Origin: Alphaproteobacteria bacterium
GTDB taxonomy: Bacteria > Pseudomonadota > Alphaproteobacteria > UBA7887
Assembly: GCA_965216755.1 (NCBI GenBank)
Contig: CBDCGL010000011.1
Coordinates: forward strand, 832,001-896,000
Direction of reading: 5' to 3'
DNA length: 64,000 nt
The position numbers and the translations under genes are program-made. Below are positions 32,095-43,632 of the stretch, in pieces; within the stretch, counting starts at the first letter, position 1; each line of letters opens with the position of its first letter. The notes under the pieces are model-generated. The model searched no databases, was not told where the DNA came from, and worked only from the letters and a program-made list of their open reading frames with translations.

Positions 32095-33066
32095 CTATGC
32101 GCCCGCGCGCTCGTAGAGATCGAAAACCGCATCACGAATTGCGCACGGTTCGTGCATTCTGAAAATTTCCGACCTGGCTTGAGGCGCACCCTTTAAACCT
32201 TTGATATACCATCCGATGTGCTTGCGCGCGATACGCACGCCACGGTCGCAGCCATGATGGGTGAGCAAGGCTTCGAAATGTTCGATTGCGGTCGCCCGCT
32301 GCTCGGTCAGCGTTGGTTCGGCACTTGTCGTTCCGGTCCGCAGCTCGCGTGCGATCTTGCCGGGTAGCCATGGCCGGCCGCGGGCCGCGCGGCCGACCAT
32401 GACTCCGTCGACGCCCGATTCGGCCATGAGCCGGCGCGCGTCGTCGGTTGAGGCTACGTCACCGTTGCCTATCACAGGTATTGCCACGCGTTCTTTGATT
32501 CGACCAATAAACGCCCAATCCGCCTTACCTTTAAAGAATTGCGAGCGAGTCCGGCCATGAACGGTGATCATTTGGACACCACATTTCTCGGCCAATGTGG
32601 CGAGGTCAGGCGCATTGCGGGAATTGGCATCCCAGCCCGTACGCATTTTCATTGTGACCGGCACCGAAACCGCGGCAACGGTCGCTGACATGATGCGGCC
32701 CGCCAGCCTTTCGTCGCGCATGAGCGCCGACCCAGCCGCGCCATTCGTGACCTTCTTCGCGGGGCAACCGAAATTGATGTCAATAATCGACGCACCCCGG
32801 TCGACGCAAATGCGCGCAGCTTCCGCAAATAGGGCCGGTTCGCGTCCGGCCAATTGAACGGCAACCGGGCCAAGGCCATGGTCAAGCGTGGCCATGCGCA
32901 TGGTGCGCCGGTTGGCATGGATCATTGCCTGGCTGGCAATCATCTCCGACACCACCAATCCGACACCATATCGCCGCGCGAGCCGCCGAAAAGGCAGGTC
33001 CGTGACACCCGACATGGGTGCCAAAATGATCGGATTCTCCACCTCAATTGCACAAATCTTGAGCAT
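32095..33066 (-). CDS. dusB: tRNA-dihydrouridine synthase DusB (NifR3)
   Basis: LAPMSGVTD, DINFGCPAKKV, VHGRTR, GNGD. Confidence 0.96.
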   Translation of the reverse strand: MLKICAIEVENPIILAPMSGVTDLPFRRLARRYGVGLVVSEMIASQAMIHANRRTMRMATLDHGLGPVAVQLAGREPALFAEAARICVDRGASIIDINFGCPAKKVTNGAAGSALMRDERLAGRIMSATVAAVSVPVTMKMRTGWDANSRNAPDLATLAEKCGVQMITVHGRTRSQFFKGKADWAFIGRIKERVAIPVIGNGDVASTDDARRLMAESGVDGVMVGRAARGRPWLPGKIARELRTGTTSAEPTLTEQRATAIEHFEALLTHHGCDRGVRIARKHIGWYIKGLKGAPQARSEIFRMHEPCAIRDAVFDLYERAGA

Positions 33067-33104
33067 ATGATTCTATGTATTTCGATTCGCCCAATATTTG
33101 GGCA
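33049..33104. promoter_or_regulatory. Two putative NtrC-binding sites at the dusB-ntrBC start
   Basis: TGCACAAATCTTGAGCA (33049-33065) and CGCCCAATATTTGGGCA (33088-33104), 17-bp NtrC-like dyads. Confidence 0.55.
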
Positions 33105-33228
33105 TCAATTTATATGTTTCGGTGACGTTGCGCAATTGCCCACCGCATTGCGTGCGCGCTATTGGCAAGGGGAGATTTGCCAATTAGCTTGCCGCCATGT
33201 GTGACCTGTTTTGCCCGTTCACGCGCTC

Positions 33229-34389
33229 ATGACCGCAACTGCTGAGCGTGTGGCGCTCATTGTCGGCGCCGGCAGCGGCGAACGCGTTGGTGGTGTAATG
33301 CCGAAGCAGTATCGGTCGATTGCGGGCGTGCCCTTGCTGCTCCGCACTATCCGTGCATTTTTGGCCCACCCACAGATCGACACAGTCCACGTTGTCATCA
33401 ATCCATCGCACGGGCGCCACTATCAACACACAGTCGCGGGAATGTCGTTGCCGGACCCCGTTGCGGGCGGCGCGGACCGACAAACTTCTGTCCGCCGGGG
33501 ACTGGAGCGGCTGGTCGATATCGCACCACGATTTGTACTGATTCACGACGCCGCGCGTCCCTTCGTGGACGCGGAAACGATCAGTCGTGTAGTTCAGGCG
33601 CTTGATCAGGAACCGGCGGCCATCGCCGCAACGCCGGTCACAGACACTTTGAAACGTGCGCGCGACGGCCATATCGCGGCAACCGTACCCCGCGCGCAGC
33701 TGTGGCGAGCACAGACACCACAGGGCTTTGATTTCAATGCGATTTTGGCCGCGCATCGACAATTCGCCGATCAAGTATTGACCGACGATGCCGCCGTGGC
33801 CGAACGGGCAGGCATCCCGGTTCGCCTTGTCTTGGGTAACGAAGAGAATTTCAAAGTGACGACAGAATTCGACTTTGTCCGCGCGGAGTCACAAGCCGCG
33901 CGACACGACGGTGCGGTTCGGGTCGGGCACGGTTTTGACGTCCATCGGTTCGGACCCGGCGACGCGGTCATTCTGTGCGGTATCACGATTCCACACACGC
34001 ATCGCCTGGTTGGGCACTCAGATGGCGATGTCGGCCTGCATGCCCTAGTCGATGCACTTCTCGGAGCGCTTGGCGCCGGCGACATAGGTCATCATTTTCC
34101 TCCCACCGATCCGCGTTGGCGTGGCGCGGACTCGCGTCATTTTCTTGGGGCCGCGCGCGGCCTTGTCGCGGATGCTGGCGGCCGGATCAGCCATGTCGAT
34201 GTGACTTTGATCTGCGAGGCGCCGAAAATTGGCCCTCACCGCGACGCCATGGTGGCGCAAGTGGCTGAGATTCTGCGGCTTGCAAAGGATCGGGTCAGCA
34301 TCAAAGCAACAACCACGGAGAAGCTCGGATTCACCGGCCGCGGCGAAGGTATCGCCGCTCAGGCCACGGCCACGGTCATTGCGCCATGA
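33229..34389 (+). CDS. ispDF: Bifunctional IspD/IspF
   Basis: AGSGER..PKQY, LIHDAARP, AQTPQGF; GHGFDVH, HSDGDV, KATTTEKLGFTGRGEG. Confidence 0.97.
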   Translation: MTATAERVALIVGAGSGERVGGVMPKQYRSIAGVPLLLRTIRAFLAHPQIDTVHVVINPSHGRHYQHTVAGMSLPDPVAGGADRQTSVRRGLERLVDIAPRFVLIHDAARPFVDAETISRVVQALDQEPAAIAATPVTDTLKRARDGHIAATVPRAQLWRAQTPQGFDFNAILAAHRQFADQVLTDDAAVAERAGIPVRLVLGNEENFKVTTEFDFVRAESQAARHDGAVRVGHGFDVHRFGPGDAVILCGITIPHTHRLVGHSDGDVGLHALVDALLGALGAGDIGHHFPPTDPRWRGADSRHFLGAARGLVADAGGRISHVDVTLICEAPKIGPHRDAMVAQVAEILRLAKDRVSIKATTTEKLGFTGRGEGIAAQATATVIAP

Positions 34390-34847
34390 CCAGCGCCGCC
34401 CAAATATTGGCGACATGGTTCGGCGTCGGCCTGATGCCAAAGGCGCCGGGCACCTTCGGCGCGCTGGCGGCGTTGCCCTTGGCATGGCTGATCGTTTTGG
34501 GCTCGGGGCGCACCGGTTTGCTGGCCGCAACCTTGCTCGCGTTTGCTATCGGCTGGTGGGCGGCGGATGTATACGCGACGCGGGCCGGCAGTCACGATCC
34601 CGGCGCCGTCGTCATCGATGAAGTCGCCGGCCAATGGCTGACCCTGGTAGCCGTACCCTTGACCCTGCCGGGCTATGCTTTGGGGTTCGTCCTGTTTCGT
34701 GTCTTTGACATCGTCAAACCCTGGCCGGTGTCATGGGCGGATCGGTCCGTTGGCGGTGGGCTCGGCATCATGCTCGACGACGTCTTGGCTGGTCTCTATG
34801 CCGCCGCGGCTCTGATCGGACTGCGTCTGATGGGGGTGCCGCTGTGA
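34386..34847 (+). CDS. pgpA: Phosphatidylglycerophosphatase A
   Basis: APGTFG, DPGAVVIDEVAG, FRVFDIVKPWP, GIMLDD. Confidence 0.95.
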   Translation: MTSAAQILATWFGVGLMPKAPGTFGALAALPLAWLIVLGSGRTGLLAATLLAFAIGWWAADVYATRAGSHDPGAVVIDEVAGQWLTLVAVPLTLPGYALGFVLFRVFDIVKPWPVSWADRSVGGGLGIMLDDVLAGLYAAAALIGLRLMGVPL

Positions 34848-35371
34848 CCCTACCGCCTGATTTGGTCAAAAAATCCGCTAGGTTTCTGGATCAATGTCGC
34901 GGCGCCGGGCTGCATATCGTCACGGCCGAATCCTGCACCGGCGGCTTGATTGCTGGATGTCTGACCGAAGTGGCCGGGTCGTCTGATGTGGTCGACAGGG
35001 GCTTTGTAACCTATTCAAACGAAGCGAAGACCGAATTGGTCGGCGTGCCGCCGGAACTGATCGCGACCGACGGCGCTGTAAGCGAAACCGTCGCGCGTGC
35101 CATGGCTGAGGGTGCGTTGATGCGTGCCCGGGCTGAACTTGCGATCGCGGTGACAGGTGTCGCCGGTCCCGGCGGCGGCACCGCCACCAAACCGGTCGGC
35201 CTCGTTCACTTTGCGGTCGCGCGCAAAAGTGGCGAAACGCATCATGAATCGCGGCTGTTCGCTGGTAACCGGTCGTCAATTCGTGAAGCGACCGTCGACC
35301 TTGCTTTGGACCTTCTGGGACAGGCCGCAATGGCCGAGAGCGCGGAGTCAGATAGGCTCGCGCGCGGGTGA
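34844..35371 (+). CDS. CinA C-terminal domain protein (NMN deamidase PncC-like)
   Basis: TAESCTGG, GFVTYSNEAK, GAVSE, TGVAGPGGG..KPVG. Confidence 0.93.
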   Translation: MTLPPDLVKKSARFLDQCRGAGLHIVTAESCTGGLIAGCLTEVAGSSDVVDRGFVTYSNEAKTELVGVPPELIATDGAVSETVARAMAEGALMRARAELAIAVTGVAGPGGGTATKPVGLVHFAVARKSGETHHESRLFAGNRSSIREATVDLALDLLGQAAMAESAESDRLARG

Positions 35372-35818
35372 CGCGACCAACTGATTGGACCCGTAAAGAT
35401 CGCGTGCGCGGCCTTCGAAAGCGGCAACCATGCGTCGTACGGCTTCCAAATAGACGGTTCCGATAAGCTTGTTGAGCAGACGCGATCGGAAGGCGAAATC
35501 CACAAAAAAGTCGACTTTGCAAGCTCCATCCGCCAGGTCCGTGAATTGCCATCGGTTGGTCATACGGCGAAACGGGCCACGGGTCGGCTCGACAAGGATA
35601 TGGTGGGGCGCTTCAAACGATACCCGCGAGCCAAAATGCTCGCGGATCATCTTGAAACCGATCAGCAGATCCGCGTCAAACTGGGATTCCTCGCGGTTAA
35701 AGACTCGCGCCGCCAGGCACCAGGGCAGAAATTCCGGGTAGCGACCAACGTCAAGAACCAGATCAAACAGTTGGGTTGCCGTGTAGGGCAACACGCGTTC
35801 ATCACGGTGAACAGGCAC
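35348..35818 (-). CDS. Coq10/RatA (START domain) family protein
   Basis: LFDLV.DV..YPEFLPWC, GPFR.MTNRW, MVAAFE.RA; downstream of lipA. Confidence 0.92.
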   Translation of the reverse strand: MPVHRDERVLPYTATQLFDLVLDVGRYPEFLPWCLAARVFNREESQFDADLLIGFKMIREHFGSRVSFEAPHHILVEPTRGPFRRMTNRWQFTDLADGACKVDFFVDFAFRSRLLNKLIGTVYLEAVRRMVAAFEGRARDLYGSNQLVASPAREPI

Positions 35819-35823
35819 GCGTC

Positions 35824-36777
35824 CTAAGTCCTTGTCACCGCCGCGCCGGCAAACGTCGTTTCTCTGGCCGCCCGAAGCGACTCATAGTCGCGGTCGGCGT
35901 GATATGACGAACGCGTCAAGGGCGAGGCCGACACCATCAGAAACCCGAGATCCTTCGCAGTCCGGGCATAAGACTCGAACTCGGACGGTGTCACGAACCG
36001 CATCACCGGATGGTGTCCCGGACTTGGCTGCAGGTACTGGCCGATGGTCACGAAATCCACGCCATGGGCCCGCAGATCGGCAAGGACTTCATGGATTTCT
36101 TCGGTCTGTTCGCCGAGCCCTACCATCAAACCGGACTTGGTGAAAACGCTCGGGTCGATTTCCTTTGCGCGTCTGAGTAACCATAGGGAATGTGCGTATC
36201 GCGCGGCCGGTCGCACCTTTCGATAAAGTCGCGGCACCGTTTCCAAATTGTGGTTATAAACGTCGGGCCCGGCGCGCGCGACCGCCTCGACCGCACCATC
36301 CTTGCGCTGAAAGTCGGGCGTCAACACCTCGATCGTGGTGGTTGGGGACGCCGCGCGAATCTTCTCGATGCATTGGACGAATTGACCCGCGCCGCCGTCG
36401 GCAAGGTCGTCGCGATCAACCGACGTGACAACCACGTGGCGCAGGCCCAATTGGCGCACCGCTTCTGCGACGTGATCAGGTTCGTGCGGGTCGAGCAGAT
36501 CCGGTCGGCCCGTCGCGACGTTGCAGAACGCACATTTTCGCGTGCACACGCTGCCCAATATCATAACCGTCGCGTGTTTTTGTGCCCAACACTCACCGAT
36601 ATTGGGGCACGCGGCTTCCTCACAGACCGTGTTTAACGACAACGACCGCATGAGCTTACGGGTTTCATGATAATTTCGGGAGACTGGCGCCTTGACCCGG
36701 ATCCAAGACGGTTTGCGCATCGATTCACCAGTCGCCGAAATCTTCGTGACATTGCTCATTTTGGAAACAGCCGCCAT
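35824..36777 (-). CDS. lipA: Lipoyl synthase
   Basis: [24 protein letters not shown]. Confidence 0.98.
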   Translation of the reverse strand: MAAVSKMSNVTKISATGESMRKPSWIRVKAPVSRNYHETRKLMRSLSLNTVCEEAACPNIGECWAQKHATVMILGSVCTRKCAFCNVATGRPDLLDPHEPDHVAEAVRQLGLRHVVVTSVDRDDLADGGAGQFVQCIEKIRAASPTTTIEVLTPDFQRKDGAVEAVARAGPDVYNHNLETVPRLYRKVRPAARYAHSLWLLRRAKEIDPSVFTKSGLMVGLGEQTEEIHEVLADLRAHGVDFVTIGQYLQPSPGHHPVMRFVTPSEFESYARTAKDLGFLMVSASPLTRSSYHADRDYESLRAARETTFAGAAVTRT

Positions 36778-36780
36778 GAC

Positions 36781-38184
36781 TTACATGTGGATAACACGGC
36801 CATACGCGTCAAGCACGGCCTCGTGCATCATCTCCGACAATGTCGGATGCGGGAAGACCGTGTGCATCAGCTCGGCTTCGGTCGTTTCAAGTGTCTTGGC
36901 GACTGTATAACCTTGGATCAATTCGGTTACCTCGGCACCGATCATATGCGCGCCCAACAACTCACCGGTCTTGGCGTCAAACACTGTCTTGATCATGCCG
37001 TCGGGCTCGCCCAGAGCGATTGCTTTGCCATTGCCGAGAAATGGAAAACGTCCGACGCGCACTTCGCGGCCGCTCTCCTTTGCCGCCTGTTCCGTCATGC
37101 CGACACTCGCGACCTGCGGACGACAGTACGTACAGCCTGGAATATTCGCGGTATCCAAGGGGTGGACGTCTAGGGTGCCGGCGATCTTATCCACGCAGAT
37201 TACGCCCTCGTGGCTGGCCTTGTGGGCGAGCCAGGGTGGCCCAACGACATCGCCAATGGCGTAAACCCCCGGCTCGTCGGTTTGCAGCCATTCATTAACG
37301 ATGATGTGGCCCTTGTCGACGCGCACCTTGGTGTTCTCAAGACCAATATCCTCAACGTTTCCCGTGATACCGATCGCCAGGATGGCGCGTTCGACATCGA
37401 GGGTCTCGGTCTTGCCCGCACCAAGATCGAGCGTCGCACTGACCCCGCCGTTCGCGACTTTCATCGCGGTCACCTTGGCGCCGGTATGGATTTTCAAGCC
37501 TTGCTTCTCGAATTGCCTGCGCGCAAGAGCTGAAATCTCAGCATCTTCGACGGGCAGAATTCGGTCGACAATTTCAACCACGGTCACGTCCGCGCCCATG
37601 TCGTGGTAAAAACTGGCAAATTCGATGCCGATAGCGCCAGAACCAATGACCAAAAGCGATTTCGGCATTTGGTCGGGCACCATCGCTTCCTTGTAGGTCC
37701 AAATATGTTTGCCGTCGGGCTCAAGGCCCGGCAAGGCACGCGGCCGCGCACCGGTCGCCAGCACTATGTGGGGGGCACTGAGCGTCTTCTGACCCTTGCC
37801 GTCCTTACTAACCGCAACCGCGCCGCCGCCAATCAAACTGGCGGCGCCATCAAACACCGCCACTTTGTTCTTCTTCAAAAGATGAGCCACGCCACGCGAA
37901 AGCTGTTTGGCGACCGCGCGTGACCGCGCCACAACTTTCTTGATATCGAATTCGGGTTTCGTCGCCGCAAAGCCATATTCAGGCAACCGTTCGAGCAAGT
38001 GTGCAATTTCAGATGTTCGCAGCAAGGCCTTGGTCGGGATGCAGCCCCAATTGAGACAAATACCGCCTAGATGCTCGCGCTCAACGACAGCCGCCTTCAT
38101 ACCCAGCTGCGCCGCGCGTATCGCCGCGACGTAGCCGCCGGGGCCGCCCCCGACGACAATCAAATCGAAAGCGTCATCCGCCAT
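36781..38184 (-). CDS. lpdA: Dihydrolipoamide dehydrogenase (E3)
   Basis: GGGPGGY, GGICLNWGCIPTK, HPTLSE. Confidence 0.98.
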   Translation of the reverse strand: MADDAFDLIVVGGGPGGYVAAIRAAQLGMKAAVVEREHLGGICLNWGCIPTKALLRTSEIAHLLERLPEYGFAATKPEFDIKKVVARSRAVAKQLSRGVAHLLKKNKVAVFDGAASLIGGGAVAVSKDGKGQKTLSAPHIVLATGARPRALPGLEPDGKHIWTYKEAMVPDQMPKSLLVIGSGAIGIEFASFYHDMGADVTVVEIVDRILPVEDAEISALARRQFEKQGLKIHTGAKVTAMKVANGGVSATLDLGAGKTETLDVERAILAIGITGNVEDIGLENTKVRVDKGHIIVNEWLQTDEPGVYAIGDVVGPPWLAHKASHEGVICVDKIAGTLDVHPLDTANIPGCTYCRPQVASVGMTEQAAKESGREVRVGRFPFLGNGKAIALGEPDGMIKTVFDAKTGELLGAHMIGAEVTELIQGYTVAKTLETTEAELMHTVFPHPTLSEMMHEAVLDAYGRVIHM

Positions 38185-39465
38185 CTATAGCAACATTGTC
38201 AGTGGATCTTCAATCAGCGCCTTGAAGGCGCCGAGAACATCAGCACCGACCGCGCCATCGATGACACGGTGATCGCACGATAGCGTGCAAGACATCACTG
38301 TGGCCACGGCGAGGGCACCGTCCTTGACGATGGGTCGTTGTTCACCGGCACCTACCGCCAGAATGCCGGCCTGCGGCGGATTGATGATGGCGGAGAATTC
38401 CTTGATGCCGTACATGCCCAAATTCGAAACCGAAAATGATCCGCCCTGATATTCTTCGGGCATGAGCTTGCCGTCGCGTGCCCGCGCCGCGAGATCTTTC
38501 ATTTCGTTGGAGATTTGGGCCAAGCCCTTGTTGTCGGCATTGCGGACAACGGGTGTCACCAATCCGCCGTCGACGGCCACGGCGACCGAGATGTCGATCG
38601 TGTTGTAACGCAATGTCGCGGCGTCGCCCCAGCTGGCATTTGCCTCCGGCACCTTGCGCAACGCCAAGGCCAGGGCGCGGACGACAAAATCATTGACGGA
38701 AATCTTATAGTCGTTGCTCCGGTTGTTAAGATCCTTGCGCGTGCCCAGCAGCGTGTCGATCTCACAATCCACCGACATATAGAAGTGCGGAATGGTCTGT
38801 TTTGACTGGAGCAAGCGCTGAGCGATGACCTTGCGCATGCCTGTATTTGGCACTTCGGTTGTCGCCGCAGTCGGCGGCACCACGGCCGCTGGCGCAACAA
38901 CGGGTAGCGTAGCCGGTGCGGCCGCTGGCGCCGGCATGGGGGCCGGGCCGCGTGCCAATGCCGCCTCGATGTCGGCCTTGACAATGCGCCCATTGGGGCC
39001 GCTGCCCTGCAGCATCGCCAGATCTAGGCCCGCCTGTTTTGCCATCCGCCGTGCCAGTGGGCTCGCGAACACGCGGCGGCCGTCGCCATTGCCACGCGCT
39101 GCGTTTGGTGGCGCGGCCGCCGGCTGCGAAGCCGGCGCCTCGGGTGCCGGCGCGGGCGCGGCCGGTTGAATAGCCTCTGGCCCGCCAGAAACGGAGAAGC
39201 TCTCAAGCGCGCTGGAATCTTCGCCCTCCTCCAGGATAACGGCGATGGGCGCGTTTACCGCGACCTCCTCGGTCCCTTCGGCGACCAGGATCTTCGCCAA
39301 GACACCATCATCGATCGCTTCGATTTCCATGGTTGCTTTGTCCGTTTCGACCTCGGCGACAACGTCGCCAGCCGCAATCGCATCACCTTCGGCTTTCAGC
39401 CATTTGGCGAGTGTGCCTTCTTCCATCGTTGGCGAAAGCGCTGGCAAACGGAGCTCAATCGGCAT
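38185..39465 (-). CDS. pdhC: Pyruvate dehydrogenase E2 acetyltransferase
   Basis: Lipoyl domain ETDKATME, ASPLARR binding domain, DHRVIDG. Confidence 0.97.
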   Translation of the reverse strand: MPIELRLPALSPTMEEGTLAKWLKAEGDAIAAGDVVAEVETDKATMEIEAIDDGVLAKILVAEGTEEVAVNAPIAVILEEGEDSSALESFSVSGGPEAIQPAAPAPAPEAPASQPAAAPPNAARGNGDGRRVFASPLARRMAKQAGLDLAMLQGSGPNGRIVKADIEAALARGPAPMPAPAAAPATLPVVAPAAVVPPTAATTEVPNTGMRKVIAQRLLQSKQTIPHFYMSVDCEIDTLLGTRKDLNNRSNDYKISVNDFVVRALALALRKVPEANASWGDAATLRYNTIDISVAVAVDGGLVTPVVRNADNKGLAQISNEMKDLAARARDGKLMPEEYQGGSFSVSNLGMYGIKEFSAIINPPQAGILAVGAGEQRPIVKDGALAVATVMSCTLSCDHRVIDGAVGADVLGAFKALIEDPLTMLL

Positions 39466-39625
39466 TGTAATTTCCCATCTCGACAGACCGTTCGCGCCGT
39501 CGCCGACGCAGGTCATTTATTATCTATTGTGGCTCGGATTGGGCAGACCCAATGGCGCGACTGGCGCGAACACATTTGCCAATCCCCCCAAACCGCAGCC
39601 ACCTGACTGGATCCGAAACCGCAGC

Positions 39626-40607
39626 CTATCGATAGCAAACAGATTTGATGGCGTCGACAATGTCATCAGTTGCCGGCAAAGCCAAACGCTCCAAATTCGC
39701 GGCATAGGGCATCGGCACGTCAGCGCCGGTCACACGCTTCACCGGTGCGTCCAAGTCGTCGAAGAATTTGTCCATGGCAAGAGCCGCGATCTCCGACCCA
39801 ATTCCGGCAAACGGCCAGCCTTCCTCCACAGTCACGAGACGATTGGTCTTCGTGACTGATTGCCTGAGCTTCTCGGTATCAAGGGGGCGCAGCGTGCGCA
39901 GATCCAGGACCTCAACCGAAATCCCCTCCTCGGCAAGCTGTTCCGCCGCCGCCAGGCAGCATTCAAGGGGACGCGAGAAACCAGCGACGGTCACGTCATT
40001 TCCTTCGCGCAACACCGCCGCGCGCCCGATCGGAATAATATGGTCGGAGTCGTCCGGAACCTCGAAACTTTGCCCGTAGAGGATCTCATTCTCCAGAAAG
40101 ACGACCGGATTGGGATCACGGATCGCAGATTTCAGCAGCCCCTTTGCATCAGCCGCCGAATAGGGCGTGACCACTTTCAACCCCGGAACATGCGCGTACC
40201 AACTGCCATATTCCTGCGAATGTTGCGCAGCCACACGGGCCGCGGCGCCATTTGGGCCACGAAACACGATCGGACATGTCACGGCGCCCCCAGACATGTA
40301 ATGGGTCTTTGCCGCTGAATTGATCAAGTGATCTATGGCTTGCATGGCAAAGTTGAAAGTCATGAATTCGACGATGGGGCGCAGCCCCATAAACGCGGCA
40401 CCAACGCCGACACCGGCAAAGCCGGCCTCGGTTATCGGTGTATCGACGACCCGGCGGGCGCCAAATTCCGCCAATAAGCCCTGACTGGACTTTGTAGGCG
40501 CCCTCATATTCCGCAACTTCCTCGCCCATCAGAAATACGCTGTCGTCGGCGCGCATTTCTTCAGCCATGGCGTCGCGAAGCGCCTCTCTGACGGTCAGCT
40601 GCGCCAT
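39626..40607 (-). pseudogene. pdhB: Pyruvate dehydrogenase E1 beta, split by one extra base at 40487-40488 (probably an assembly error)
   Basis: [10 protein letters not shown]...GAYKV is in one frame and [15 protein letters not shown]...CYR in another; coding strand reads GTC C AGT CAG; span 982 nt = 327 codons + 1. Confidence 0.9.
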
Positions 40608-40610
40608 CGC

Positions 40611-41627
40611 TCAGCCATCCACATAGATGTCGGAGAATAGCGCCGCGCGATCGGGTTCAGGGCTATTCTGGGCGAAATCCGCCGCTTCGTTGACTTGCGC
40701 GCGAATTTCCTTGTCGATTGCTTTCAAGCCTGATTCGTCGGTAAAGCCGCGCTCGATAAGAACCTCGCCGACCTGGCTTATCGGATCGCGTTCCTCGCGC
40801 ATCTCGCGAACTTCTTCCTTTGTGCGATATTTGGCGGGATCAGACATTGAGTGGCCGCGATAGCGATAGGTCATCGCCTCGATGATCATCGGGCCGTTGC
40901 CCGCGCGCACGTACGATGCTGCCTCCGCCATCGCCGCCTTAACCGCGACAACATCCATGCCGTCGCATTGGATGCCGCGGATGCCGACGCCTTCACCACT
41001 GCGAAACAATTCTGTCTGCGCACGCGCCCGGGCGACCGATGTACCCATGCCGTATTGATTGTTCTCAATCAGATAGACAATTGGCAATTTCCACAGGGCG
41101 GCCATATTGAACGCCTCAAAGACCTGTCCTTGGCTCGACGCGCCGTCGCCGTAATAGGTCACGCAGATATGATTGGTGTCACGATATTGCAGAGCGAACG
41201 CGATCCCCGTGCCAATCGGCACTTGCGCCCCGACAATTCCGTGGCCGCCGAAGAAATTCGATTTGGGCGAGAACAGGTGCATGGACCCACCCTTACCCTT
41301 CGATGTACCAGCCTCGCGGCCAGTCAGCTCGGCCATGACCGCGTGCGGTGTCGCGCCCCGCATCAAGGTGTGGGCGTGGCAACGATAACTCGTCACAACC
41401 GGGTCGTCGGTTGTAATCGCGGATTCAACGCCGACGACCACAGCTTCCTGACCGATATACAAGTGGAGAAAGCCACCGATGAGCCCCATGCCATAAAGCT
41501 GCCCTGCTTTTTCCTCGAAACGGCGGATCAAAAGCATTTGGCGATAGTATGACGCAAGGTCGTCAGCTGTGGCGTCCGCGGCATGATTCGCCGCGGCGAG
41601 TGTCGGTTTCTCTTGGGTTACGGGCAT
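40611..41627 (-). CDS. pdhA: Pyruvate dehydrogenase E1 alpha
   Basis: IRRFEEKAGQLYGMG, GDGA TPP motif, YRYRGHSMSDP. Confidence 0.98.
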   Translation of the reverse strand: MPVTQEKPTLAAANHAADATADDLASYYRQMLLIRRFEEKAGQLYGMGLIGGFLHLYIGQEAVVVGVESAITTDDPVVTSYRCHAHTLMRGATPHAVMAELTGREAGTSKGKGGSMHLFSPKSNFFGGHGIVGAQVPIGTGIAFALQYRDTNHICVTYYGDGASSQGQVFEAFNMAALWKLPIVYLIENNQYGMGTSVARARAQTELFRSGEGVGIRGIQCDGMDVVAVKAAMAEAASYVRAGNGPMIIEAMTYRYRGHSMSDPAKYRTKEEVREMREERDPISQVGEVLIERGFTDESGLKAIDKEIRAQVNEAADFAQNSPEPDRAALFSDIYVDG

Positions 41628-41747
41628 CGGGCTTCACTATTGCAGTTGTGACGACCCAAAGCAGAAGCGGCCGCTTATAGCGTGGAAGATAGTGGCTCCG
41701 GGCGACACAGGCAAGCGCGCCCATACCGCGGCAAGCGGCCATTAACC

Positions 41748-42116
41748 TTAGTCCAAAGAGGGTTTATCGCCTGTTTCCAGCGTCGATCCGCGGGCCACCA
41801 AAGCGCCATTCTTGACCAGCACCCGATCATCCGGATCGCCGACATTGAGGACAATCCGCGCCCTTTCTTCCAGAAGATCGATATCGAGGCTGTCGGGACG
41901 AAGGCGACGTACGTTGTTTTCCAGCGTCAACCGCTCGGTGCGTAGCGCGGTCAGTTTCCCAATTTCGGTTTCGATTTGTTGATTGATCCGCATCCACGCC
42001 ACGAACCCGCGCTCACCATTCACGGTGTGAAAAGCGAGATACAAACCAAACGCCAGAAACAGCGTCGGCGCGACAGCTTGTCGTACGCGTTTTTTTTGAT
42101 CATGAAGACGGCCCAC
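41748..42116 (-). CDS. ftsB: Septum formation initiator FtsB/DivIC
   Basis: TM then GERG, coiled coil, LDIDLLEERAR; between eno and pdhA. Confidence 0.88.
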   Translation of the reverse strand: MGRLHDQKKRVRQAVAPTLFLAFGLYLAFHTVNGERGFVAWMRINQQIETEIGKLTALRTERLTLENNVRRLRPDSLDIDLLEERARIVLNVGDPDDRVLVKNGALVARGSTLETGDKPSLD

Positions 42117-42309
42117 GCTCCCAATGAATCATTGGGTCGGGCCAGTGTCAACGGTGAGACGTTGTGTTGGTGCCCCAACGTGACCTCAATGCCACAGTTG
42201 ACGCGCACAACATACATGCCGACATGACCATCACCGCTGACATGATTAGACGGCTATTGGCGCGCCAGACACAAAATCTGGCGATGTTCGATAGCCAGAC
42301 ATTCAGTAT

Positions 42310-43608
<1,299 letters not shown>

Positions 43609-43632
43609 CTACATGCGCAGCGCAACAACGCC

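Noticed and set aside
35348-35818. RatA as a toxin-antitoxin system
   Set aside because: No RatB partner; the lipA-adjacent Coq10-like gene is a conserved ubiquinone-related core gene in Alphaproteobacteria.
39550-39626. Short direct repeats (AAACCGCAGCC x2, TGGCGCGA x2) between pdhB and pdhC
   Set aside because: Only two short copies each, no spacer structure or cas genes; not CRISPR.
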